From Picochlorum sp. SENEW3 (taxonomy: Eukaryota): DNA of 64,000 bases. Made by a program: the position numbers and the translations under genes. The stretch covers positions 1,054,001-1,118,000 of the forward strand of contig CP120457.1 of assembly GCA_034226945.1 (NCBI GenBank), given 5' to 3'. Numbering within the stretch: position 1 is the stretch's first letter; every line of letters starts with the position of its first letter. The notes beneath the pieces are model-generated. The model worked only from the letters and a program-made list of their open reading frames with translations, was not told the origin of the DNA and searched no databases. Below, piece by piece: positions 10,950 to 20,819 of this stretch.

Positions 10950-12608
10950 ATGGAGTTTGAATCCTTGCAAGAAAATAGGCCACCAATTGGTGGAGATGCG
11001 AGGGGAATGCACCTTGCCGTTAGAGAACCGGTAACAAAGAGTTCAGCTTCCAATCCTCAGTTGACACATTCTCTCGAACAATCCAAGCAAGGCATGAATA
11101 GAGGCAGGGCATTCGGAGATAGTATATCAAATACGGTGAATACGAGGAGGGGCACAGGCCTGAGCGATTTGCAAGATGCGATACGTTCTTTGAGGAAGGG
11201 GGGTGCCACGCAAAACTTTCAGGAGACCCGGCCCGGCCACGCACATGCATATGTGGGCTCTAGGGATGCAGTTGAGAAGGCTCGGACGCCATCAGCGCCC
11301 ATGCTTGATTCTCAGGGGGATGTTGTGATGGGGGATGCAGTGATTACACCTGTTGTGTTGTCTGGGAAGAAGAATGATGTCGGTAGAGAGGATGTCTTCC
11401 AAACTCCAAAGGAAGGGTACGAGGGGAGTGATCCTGCGACGGAGGGGAAGAGATTAGCCCAGCAGATGCAACGTGTGGCAGAACAATTAAGCAATTCACC
11501 CGTGGTGAGGCAATCAGAAGAGGAGGATGCAACAATCGTCATTAGAAATAGAGTGGTGCAGCAGCATCCAGTGAGGCGGTTGGATTCTGCATCGACGGAG
11601 GAAAGGCCCAAGCCAGTGGCTCGTCGATCCTCTATTTTAGCAGATGGGGTGGCTCCAATATTGGATCTGAATGGGTTCGATGCACATGGAGACCAGCGGA
11701 GGAACAGCATAGCAACGCCAGTGATTCGGTCCAAATTGTCGCCTGAGAATGAAAGGCCGATGCCAAAGGCGTTAGATGCTACAGCAGGAAATTTGGAGAA
11801 GCTTCAAAAGCATATACAAGAGTTAGAAATGGAAAAGGAGGAGGCCACATCCTTGTTGGAAAGTTACCAAGGATCTATAGCAAAGCTTCAGGATGCATAC
11901 TCCAAAGACACCTTGACGCTGAAAAATGAGAATAAACTCATGGAGACGGAGGTTGAAAGACTTCGAAAAGAGAGACAGCAAATCCACGATCAATTCTCTG
12001 TGCTGTACAACAGGAAGTATTTGCCCCTGAAGCAGGAAGCAACTGCGCTGCGTGAGAGTGTCAAGATGATGCAGGAGCGCACGGAAAACTTGAACTCTGC
12101 CCAAGATGAGATACAGCTCCTTCGGAATGAGATTGAGACTTTGAAGAAGTCAGAAGAAGCGTTAAGGAATTCGGTTGAGGCTGCAGAAGCCCGTGCACAG
12201 GCTGCTGTTGAATCAGAACAGCTGGTCCATGGCAGGTTGGAGAGTGAGAGACAGAAAGATGGTCGTAAAATTAGCCAGCTCGAAGAGCAGATTAGAGTTC
12301 TTGAATCTGAACGAGATACTAATCAAGGTGAGATCGACCGACTGAAGGAGAAGTATGATTCGCTCCGCCAGCATCTCGAAGAGAGCATGCATAGATGCGA
12401 GGTTGCATGTGCGGGATATGAGCGCAAAAAGTTGGAAGTAAACGCCAGAGAGGAAGAAGTGTATACCCTTCAAGTCGAGAACAAAGAATTGAGAAAACGC
12501 TTGGATGACTACCGCGCGGAGAATGAGAAGTTTTATCACACGAGAGAAAAATATAGGGCGCAAATTCGGCTTCTGATGTCAGAGAGAAGGGGGCAAGAAG
12601 GATCTTGA
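10950..12608 (+). CDS. Hypothetical protein with long C-terminal coiled coil
   Basis: 552-aa ORF, disordered N-half, heptad-rich E/K/Q/L C-half. Confidence 0.7.
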   Translation: MEFESLQENRPPIGGDARGMHLAVREPVTKSSASNPQLTHSLEQSKQGMNRGRAFGDSISNTVNTRRGTGLSDLQDAIRSLRKGGATQNFQETRPGHAHAYVGSRDAVEKARTPSAPMLDSQGDVVMGDAVITPVVLSGKKNDVGREDVFQTPKEGYEGSDPATEGKRLAQQMQRVAEQLSNSPVVRQSEEEDATIVIRNRVVQQHPVRRLDSASTEERPKPVARRSSILADGVAPILDLNGFDAHGDQRRNSIATPVIRSKLSPENERPMPKALDATAGNLEKLQKHIQELEMEKEEATSLLESYQGSIAKLQDAYSKDTLTLKNENKLMETEVERLRKERQQIHDQFSVLYNRKYLPLKQEATALRESVKMMQERTENLNSAQDEIQLLRNEIETLKKSEEALRNSVEAAEARAQAAVESEQLVHGRLESERQKDGRKISQLEEQIRVLESERDTNQGEIDRLKEKYDSLRQHLEESMHRCEVACAGYERKKLEVNAREEEVYTLQVENKELRKRLDDYRAENEKFYHTREKYRAQIRLLMSERRGQEGS

Positions 12609-12692
12609 GGTACAGGGTGCCCACCCATACACGATAACGACACGTCCTTCTTCTTTTGTAAAAGTTGGAAAATGTAAGAGTTTCCGTCACGA

Positions 12693-14079
12693 ATGACATC
12701 CAAAAAATTTGTCCTCGAAGGCAAGTCGGTTGCTCTGCTGCTGGTCCTCTTGGCAGTCTTGCCGTTGCCTTGTGTCGTAGCTTCACCAGGTAAGGGGACG
12801 AAAGAACCGAAAGGGATAACCTTTTTCTCCTCAATCTCCTATATTGCGTTTCTAAAAGACGAGAATGCTTTGAAAGATCTGTATCTTTTTTCTCGCAGGT
12901 CTGTTGGATGCACCAGTCAACCTAGTCAATCTGAGGAAAAAAAGAGCACATATTGAGGCTGAACCACCCTCTACATTTTTCCGCTTTGCACAAAGATCTC
13001 TGGATGGCCTCGAGGCATTCGGTTCGCGATATTCTTACGGGGCCATCCAGAGGTCAAGTTCGCCAGGAGACCGAGTGGCATATGGGGCACCTGCTGCAAA
13101 AGGACAGTTTCCATTCGCTGTTCGGTTGGAAATAGAGAAGAAAAACGGAAAATTATCTCTTTGCGGAGGGTCCCTCGTGTCCCCAAAGGTCGTCCTGACA
13201 GCTGCACACTGCCTATATGAGACTGATGGAAGCTCTAAAGCTGAGGAGATCACGGCAATCATCGACGATAGAATTGTCCATGGAGAGTCGTATTTCTGTC
13301 CCGAATTTTCTCCTCGGACTCGAAAAGACTATTATGCTGACCTTGCCCTGATTTTGCTGGAGGAGGACGTGTCTAGTGCTGAGAAAGGCCTTATTCGCCT
13401 AGACAATGGCACTATAAAGGTTGAGGATGGAAAGAAACTTGTTGCTCTCGGTTGGGGCCACACCGAGGAACATTTTCTGTCAGAATCTCTGCTATATACC
13501 GATATTCCGTATATAAGTCGTAGGAAATTTTCAAAGTGGATCAAAGACGTCTCGAAGACTGCAAAATGGCTGTCAGGCTTTGATATTGAACAGGACAAAA
13601 TTGTGGCAGGACTGGATAAAAGCAGAAAAGACACGTGTGCTGGGGATTCAGGAGGGCCTCTGATAATAAAGAAAAGGAATGCGTGGGTGCAGATTGGCAT
13701 CACATCATATGGTCTGATAGAAGTCTGTGGACACGATCAGATGAATGTTGGTATGTATACTTCAGTTTCTCATTGGAAGAATTGGATTGCAGACGTCTTG
13801 GCCGTATACAATATGAACAGCGATTTGGATGAGAAAAAGTACACCCGAAGCAATAGCAAACCTGTATCCAAATGCCTTAGAGGCAAAGCATTCAAGGCTA
13901 TGTCCTCCTCGTTGGCTGACTGCTGCAACAGTTGTAAATCCAGCAGAGGGTGGTCCTGCCTTGCATGGTCATGGTCAAAGTCAAAACAGGAATGCAAATT
14001 GTTCGACTCGCGTCCAGACGCTAGAGCAGGAAGCGGCAAATGCATGTCTGGATATATCGAGCTCGAAGTTAACCATTGA
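12693..14079 (+). CDS. Secreted trypsin-like (S1) serine protease with C-terminal PAN/apple-like domain; intron 12790-12898
   Basis: Signal-peptide exon joins in frame; LTAAHC, DLALI, GDSGGP triad; CCNSC...CLAWSW...CKLF. Confidence 0.9.
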
Positions 14080-14310
14080 TTCACGCAGCAATAAATGACA
14101 ACTACAGTACTTGTAACACACGTTTTTTTTCAGTCTGACGGATCCATTCCATGCATGGATCCATATGGAACTCTGGCCAGAAGGTGGATGGGCAGCTGAC
14201 AAGTGATCCGCGGCCAACGTGTTGAGATGCAAAAGGTTGAATCTTTCGTCTTTTGAAGCATCAAAATAAATATCAAACATAATATATTGCCGAAAAATTA
14301 GGGGAATATC

Positions 14311-15528
14311 ATGGGAAAGGGTACTCTCTGGTTGTTCGCAACCTTGACTGTCCTATTTACCACAAGACCAATTTATGGTGCGCTAGAGGCTCGCTTTGAC
14401 ACACTACAGACCATAGTGAGTATGACAGAAGTATTTGATCGCGTCATGAATCCATATGAGTGCAGGGAAAGTCGCAGGAGCGGAACACTTCACGTTGGAC
14501 ACAAAGGGGGGCCAAGAGTTCACAGGACTCGGTACTGACCCCTCCCTCATTCGAAAGGACTTCGACACATCTCCCCTGAGAGAACTAGCTTTAAAATCAA
14601 CTGAAATGTATGTGCTTTCCCCTGTTTCTCCGTAGAGTGTGCAGCGATGCACGACGCGTTTTGAGCGGTCAAAGAGGCTAACGACGCGGTGTTGAACTAC
14701 TGCAGATCCCAGAATGCGAGCTATCAAGAGATTCCGGAGCTGATCAATGGAACAAGTAGTTTAGCTAGAATAGCATATGGCAAGAGCGTGCCGAAAGGAG
14801 TCATGCCCTTTGCTGTCTTCCTCGAAATTGAGGCTGCAGATGGAGTATACAATTGTGGTGGAACACTCATCGGACAAGAAACCGTCTTGACAGCCGCCCA
14901 CTGCTTCTTTGATGAATTCGGATACTTGACGGCATATTCCGCCGTGGCAGTTGTCGGAGAGCGGGTGATTAAGAGATCAAACAAGCTGTATGAAGTTACT
15001 GATGTTGTCAAACCACGCGGATTCAGCCCAGCATTTTCATACGAATTATTTGGCGATATAGCAATCATCAAACTCGGCTCCAGACCAAATAGAAAGCCCA
15101 TGAAACTTGGATCCAAGAAGACATCGGTCCCAAAATGGTACATCACAGCTGGCTGGGGTCTGACTGAGGACAACAGAAGGGCCTCTGAAGTGCTCCAGTA
15201 TGCCGCCGTGCCAAGCTTGTCCATCCGCCAGGTTCAAACATGGACCCAAAATATAGGAGCATACTACTCCATGGAAGTGGACCACATTGCAGCTGGCTTG
15301 GGAAGTGATAGGGCAGACTCTTGCCAGGGAGACTCGGGTGGGCCTCTATTCAAGCCAGGCAAGCAATATTCAAACTCCGAGTCATCCACTGATGTTCTCA
15401 TGGGAGTTGTATCGTATGGCCTCTCTTCTAGATGTGGCCTCAAGAACAGAAACGTAGGATTTTACACAAGTGTGCCATACTGGAGGTCCTGGATTTTGAG
15501 CCAAATGAAAAAGAGGGGATGGAAATAA
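14311..15528 (+). CDS. Second secreted trypsin-like serine protease (intron 14608-14705 plus an uncertain first intron near 14416-14477)
   Basis: Signal-like exon at 14311; RIAYG, LTAAHC, DIAII, CQGDSGGP. Confidence 0.85.
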
Positions 15529-15746
15529 ATAAATAAAATGTGTTTCATAATAATAAATGTTTGTTATTTCTATCCATACAAATGTATCCATTTTTTTAAT
15601 TCCATGTCAAAGTTTAAGATTTTTGAACTACAATCTTCGTATCTTTTACAAGGAACTTTCCGTTGTTGAGTCGTTGACAGTTCAAACCAGAGACCGGTGG
15701 TTCGCGTCTACATTCTTTATGTTTTCTTCTCACTTGCAAGAAAAAT

Positions 15747-17882
15747 ATGACGAACGATGCCAAGGATAAAGCTCTTTTCCTGCTCAAGCTGTCTGAGCAA
15801 GAACCGCATAACAACGCCTTCAGGGACCTGTTGGAAACCATCAAGCATCGCTGGGAATCCTCAGTGGATGAGATTGGCAGATGCTTAATGAATTCATTTG
15901 AATCCTCATGTAATTTGAAGCGTGTCCTGCGCCTGTGGAATGCTGATTTCATGATTGCCTTGAAGGATTTGTTGCATACAGTAGCACCAAGGGTATGGAG
16001 AGAGGATAGTCCATATTGTGGTGGATTTGCAAAATGGAGAGGGAATGATGAGTTTACACAGGCTTGGGGGGATGGAGCTGAGGTGGCGCATATATATTTT
16101 TGTCTTGAGGTTTTCAGGATGTGTCAGCAGAAGAAGTTTTGCTTTCCAACTGCCATGGACATGGTGCACCATCTCAAAAGCAGCACGCAGAAGTCTGTGA
16201 GGGGTCTTTTGTCCGAGGAGGAGAGAAGGACGTATGTTCGAGAGGCTAGGGAGTGGAAAGAACGACAAGAAAGACTAGGAAGTTACTGGGAGGAAGTGGT
16301 GGCTTCTCCAGAGTCTATCAGCATCATGCGGGAACACATGATGTACATGAGTGTTGTTCGCTGCTTTGTCAAGAAAGTGACCAAGGGCGCCATGCGCGAC
16401 CCTGTATGCCGGATAGATGGGAAATGTATGACTTGGGAAGAAATTGTCATGCATGTTGGGGAGGATCCAGCCATGAGAGGGAAGTCTGCCTGGAAGAAGG
16501 CAGATCGCATGAGGGTTTTGGCTCGGGAGCATGGAGTGAAACCTCCAAACAAAGTATGGTCCGATGAGGAAACACGCGAGTTGATTGACCTTGTGATGAA
16601 GACGCAGACTGGCCCAGGTTTCTGGTGTGAGGTTTTTGCGCAATGGAAGGCCACAAACAGGACATGCACGACCTACTCTCCCACTCAACTGCGCGAGAGA
16701 TACAGAAGTCTTCATAATAATATTACTGGGAAAGCCCGTGCAAGACACGACTTGGTGTTGAAGGAAGAACAGATTGAGTTTTTACGTTCTCATTATGAAA
16801 ATCTCAGCTGGCACAAGCAAAAGAATTCCACACCAGTCCCGATTGACCTTTATCATCATATGGAAAGCAAACTACCACAGGGACACGTGGAGTGGAATGA
16901 TATTATCACGATCGTGGAGAGTGAACCAGCGCTCCAAGGCGCAAATGTATTTCAGAAAGTGCAGTGCATGAAAAAGTTGGCTCAACGGCATGGTGTCAAA
17001 GCTCCACCAATCACCGATGAATGGACTGAAGCAGATACAAGAGATTTGATCCGGTTGGTCATGCAAACGCCTGATTCTATCTGCTTTTGGGAAGATATTT
17101 TCAATCAATGGAAGATGATACGGAAAGACACCACCGTCTACTCTCCAGATCAGCTGCAAAATCGATACAGAATGCTTCACGGCAATGTTATGTTGAAGAC
17201 AAGAAGACAGGCTGATTTGGTCCTACCCCAGGAAGAGATTGACTTTATACGCTCTCACCCACTTGTTCACTCTAGGTGCCGAACACCAGAAGGAGACACT
17301 GATGCAAAGCCTCTGCAGCAAGCAAAATCACGGTATGGAGTTCTCTCTGAGGAGGCTCGACTTGGACAGCTCAAGGAGTATGTCCGACAGGAGAGGCAAT
17401 GGCATGCTCATGACCCTTCCTACGTGGTCCTGAGGCCAACAGAAGACTCGTACAACATGAATTACCGACGGGAAAAATTTGGAAAAAATCCCTCATGGTG
17501 GAAGGTTGACCAATTTTTTAAAGAAGCAGAATTAGAGCAGCGCTTGTCCTATTGGATCAATAATCTGGTGTCTTTTGCGCAAGGAAAGAATGGGGCGGAA
17601 AAGAGCGAATATTTTCAAAAGCAGTGTGCTGGATTACTTAAAAAAGTTGGACAGGTACTTCAGTATGAAGAGGATGACTGGTGGTCCCTGGAGAAGTACT
17701 TGAAGCCTCCTCCAGGAGATATATCTGATGAAAATACAAACCCAAAACCCACCGGTCCTGAAGTTATTTCTGTTCGAAATGAAATCCTCCTTCCAACGAA
17801 ATCAGGAAGGGCCAGAACCAGGCCATCATGGCTTGAGGACACAGTGATTTTGAGGCCAAACAGACAGCCTAGGGTTGATTGA
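15747..17882 (+). CDS. Hypothetical protein with two tandem ~120-aa Myb/SANT-like modules
   Basis: WSDEETRELIDLV...FW...YSPTQLRERYRSL and WTEADTRDLIRLV...FW...YSPDQLQNRYRML. Confidence 0.7.
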   Translation: MTNDAKDKALFLLKLSEQEPHNNAFRDLLETIKHRWESSVDEIGRCLMNSFESSCNLKRVLRLWNADFMIALKDLLHTVAPRVWREDSPYCGGFAKWRGNDEFTQAWGDGAEVAHIYFCLEVFRMCQQKKFCFPTAMDMVHHLKSSTQKSVRGLLSEEERRTYVREAREWKERQERLGSYWEEVVASPESISIMREHMMYMSVVRCFVKKVTKGAMRDPVCRIDGKCMTWEEIVMHVGEDPAMRGKSAWKKADRMRVLAREHGVKPPNKVWSDEETRELIDLVMKTQTGPGFWCEVFAQWKATNRTCTTYSPTQLRERYRSLHNNITGKARARHDLVLKEEQIEFLRSHYENLSWHKQKNSTPVPIDLYHHMESKLPQGHVEWNDIITIVESEPALQGANVFQKVQCMKKLAQRHGVKAPPITDEWTEADTRDLIRLVMQTPDSICFWEDIFNQWKMIRKDTTVYSPDQLQNRYRMLHGNVMLKTRRQADLVLPQEEIDFIRSHPLVHSRCRTPEGDTDAKPLQQAKSRYGVLSEEARLGQLKEYVRQERQWHAHDPSYVVLRPTEDSYNMNYRREKFGKNPSWWKVDQFFKEAELEQRLSYWINNLVSFAQGKNGAEKSEYFQKQCAGLLKKVGQVLQYEEDDWWSLEKYLKPPPGDISDENTNPKPTGPEVISVRNEILLPTKSGRARTRPSWLEDTVILRPNRQPRVD

Positions 17883-17977
17883 AAAAAATGTGCATACTTT
17901 TTCCATTGAAACTTTGAAATTAATTGTTGTAAGTGTCAAGCAATAGAAGAAAAAGCGGTGAATAATAGTTGTGCCAG

Positions 17978-18796
17978 ATGGTGGATGAGAAAATGATGCA
18001 ATTCACAATAACGTTACTTCTCATGTTTTTTGGCGCCTACGGGGCCGCGTATATTCCTTTTGCTTGGGATGTGAGTGATAAACAAATAAACATTATATCT
18101 AGCTTAGGTGGAGGACTCATGATTGGCAGTTGCTTGGCGGTCGTGATTCCGGAAGGGTTCGCAAGTTTTTCTGGTCACCACGATCACCATGACTCTGATG
18201 TGGGCGAGATTCCAGAAGGTTTTGCTGGGATTGCGCTTGTGGTGGGGTTCTTGGGAATGTATTTACTGGATCAAATGCAGGCAGATCATCCTCACGGATG
18301 CTGTGCTCACAGGAAGAGCGGGGACGAGGAGGAGAAGGTGCCTCAACGTCGGCCAGAGAAGGCAATTACTGGTTTGCTGATTCACTGCATTGCCGACGGT
18401 GTTGCAATGGGCTCGGCATTCTTAAGCGGGAACTCATCAGTGACTTTGATTTTAGGCACAGCCATGGTGCTGCATAAAGCACCGATGGCGTTCGGACTTT
18501 CGTCGTTTCTGATCAGCTCGGGGTGGACGTGGGAAAGATCTGCAAGCACATTGCTGCTATTTTCGAGCATGGCACCCGCAGCGACAGTCGTGACGTATAT
18601 TGTATTGCAGATACTTCCTTTATTTGGCGGTGAGCAATCAATTGCTCTGGCGATACTGTTCAGTGGAGGTACCTTTTTGCATGCAGCAACCATGCATATT
18701 TTACCCGAAGTGACTATTGGGAGAAATCTAGATTTGCTCTTTTTAAGTATTGGTGCCTTGGCCCCACCTCTTTTGTCTTGGGGACATTCGCATTAA
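17978..18796 (+). CDS. ZIP9-like zinc transporter
   Basis: VVIPEG, His-rich loops, GLLIHCIADGVAMG, LHKAPMAFGL, FSGGTFL, HILPE. Confidence 0.92.
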   Translation: MVDEKMMQFTITLLLMFFGAYGAAYIPFAWDVSDKQINIISSLGGGLMIGSCLAVVIPEGFASFSGHHDHHDSDVGEIPEGFAGIALVVGFLGMYLLDQMQADHPHGCCAHRKSGDEEEKVPQRRPEKAITGLLIHCIADGVAMGSAFLSGNSSVTLILGTAMVLHKAPMAFGLSSFLISSGWTWERSASTLLLFSSMAPAATVVTYIVLQILPLFGGEQSIALAILFSGGTFLHAATMHILPEVTIGRNLDLLFLSIGALAPPLLSWGHSH

Positions 18797-18842
18797 TTTC
18801 ATTACAGTTGATGATTGTAAAATTACTATTGTGCAGAAACAG

Positions 18843-20633
18843 TCAGTGCTTTCTGAGATCACAGAGTTCACAGTTTCTGGCAGCAGGCGAATTTAGCAGG
18901 TTGCAGCGGAGGCACGTCCATGACTCCGGCGGTTTCTCGGATCCATGCCCATGCCCTGCGCATCTTTTGTTGGGATGCAACACAGCTGTTGTTCTCTCTG
19001 TATGTGGTACAGGGTTCTTTGAGGACTGATCTCTAATTTCTTGGATGCTTTTATCCAGTCCATGTTCAAGCACTCTAACCAGTTTTAAAAACTGATTCCT
19101 CGTGACATCTGTGAGACCGATGAGATCCTGTCTAAAGTCATTCCAAGACGAAATTCTTCTACTCTTTTCGATGCCTCCCGCCACTGACCCCTTAAATTCG
19201 GACAGTTCCACTTCCAACTTGTGGCTCAAGCGCTCCAAAGCAATTTCAGCATCATTCTGAGTGAAATCAAAGAACCTCCTCACATGGACCATAGACTCGG
19301 TGTCTAAATTGCTCTTTATGAATCTGTATTTCGTGTCAACCTCATCATCGAACGAAAAGTACCCTGCTACATACGCCCATTTCAGGAACTTCTGACACCT
19401 TTCAAGCTCTTTCCATGCTTCCGTCACAAATCCCAGATTAGGCGTGGGAATCTGTAAAATCTTCGAAAACCGCTCTATTTCTTCACTCTCCCATATCTTG
19501 ATTGATTCTCGAACTATTTTCAAAGCCTTATCGTGCTCTGCCCACCTCTCCCAGAAGTACAAGTGTAACCTCTGTGAAGATATTTTCTCCATCGAACTGC
19601 CTAGGTTCTCTGTTGGGGCCATATTACACGAATAGTACCCACCCGTCGTGGACGAATGCTTCTTCCAGTCCCCCAAGCAAAGCCAACAGAACTCGTGTTT
19701 GCATTGAGAGCACGTCATGTGCATGCACCCATGATTCTTCTGTATGGGCCTGTTGCACCCAGGACATCCCTTTGTGTTGACCACTAACCACTCCATATTC
19801 AAGCTCTCCTTGTCATTCTTTGCTTTCCAGAACTTCACAACCTGACAGTCCACTGGCCTGTGACCTTCCTCCATACATTGAAAGCAGAATTCTGTATGGC
19901 ACCCAGCGCAAGACACATCTGTTGGCTGGCCACAGCCACCAAAAAGCCTCACCGCCCGCCCGCAGTCGACACCAGGGCACCACACTATATCTGAATGCTT
20001 CTCTACAAAATTTTCTATGGCTAGCTGTTTCACCCGTGCCACGTCCTTGCTAGACAGGGCCGCTTCAACCAGTGCTGCAGGAGCTCTTCTCCCACACTTG
20101 TACACAGGGCATCTAATATCCAATGACGACCCTCCGTCTTCAACCTTTGAATGTACATATTGTTTCCAGCACTCTTTACACATGGAATGACCACACCCGC
20201 AACCAAGCATATCCGTCTCAGTCTCAAACCTGTCGAAACAAATCTGGCACTGAGTCTCTGCATCTTTGACACTCTCCCCAAGACCCAAACGAGAGCGCAC
20301 ACGCTCCGGTTCGGAGAACCATTCCTCTTGAAATCTCTCTGCATCCCATTTGTAGGCAATCAGCATCCCCATGAGATCATCCCGACGAGCACCCACGATA
20401 CTGGACACTTCGCCAGTCAACACGAGCATTTTCCTGTACAGATCCTCGCTTGACAGAGTTTCCCACCGGATTTTTTCCTCATTGATCTCAGTGAAATCAA
20501 TTTCGACATCTTGGCTGTCAGATATGCGGCAGGACGATGCTTCTTCAAAGACGGTTCCTCCACTGGTATACCCTTCAAACTCCACCGACTCCTGCTGCTC
20601 CATAGCAAGCTGTACATTCACATTCCCTGACAT
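18843..20633 (-). CDS. ARI: Ariadne-family RBR E3 ubiquitin ligase with C-terminal RanBP2-type zinc finger
   Basis: RING1 CQICF...CGHSMCKECW, IBR WCPGVDC, RING2 CPGC..IQKNHGCMHMTC; WTCLRCNLLN...CELC. Confidence 0.93.
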   Translation of the reverse strand: MSGNVNVQLAMEQQESVEFEGYTSGGTVFEEASSCRISDSQDVEIDFTEINEEKIRWETLSSEDLYRKMLVLTGEVSSIVGARRDDLMGMLIAYKWDAERFQEEWFSEPERVRSRLGLGESVKDAETQCQICFDRFETETDMLGCGCGHSMCKECWKQYVHSKVEDGGSSLDIRCPVYKCGRRAPAALVEAALSSKDVARVKQLAIENFVEKHSDIVWCPGVDCGRAVRLFGGCGQPTDVSCAGCHTEFCFQCMEEGHRPVDCQVVKFWKAKNDKESLNMEWLVVNTKGCPGCNRPIQKNHGCMHMTCSQCKHEFCWLCLGDWKKHSSTTGGYYSCNMAPTENLGSSMEKISSQRLHLYFWERWAEHDKALKIVRESIKIWESEEIERFSKILQIPTPNLGFVTEAWKELERCQKFLKWAYVAGYFSFDDEVDTKYRFIKSNLDTESMVHVRRFFDFTQNDAEIALERLSHKLEVELSEFKGSVAGGIEKSRRISSWNDFRQDLIGLTDVTRNQFLKLVRVLEHGLDKSIQEIRDQSSKNPVPHTERTTAVLHPNKRCAGHGHGSEKPPESWTCLRCNLLNSPAARNCELCDLRKH

Positions 20634-20819
20634 GAATACTGCATCTCATGAACGAATTGGATTTGAATATGTCGCACAGTGAAGGCGCAAGGTACTTTCG
20701 ACATGCATCCTGGCAGAGCGAATTCTCCATATTTAGTTAGAATGCAAATGTCGAGGTGAATTTGACCTTATGGGCAGCTCCTACCCACAATTGTTGAAAT
20801 TAAATATGTGGTATGGGAT

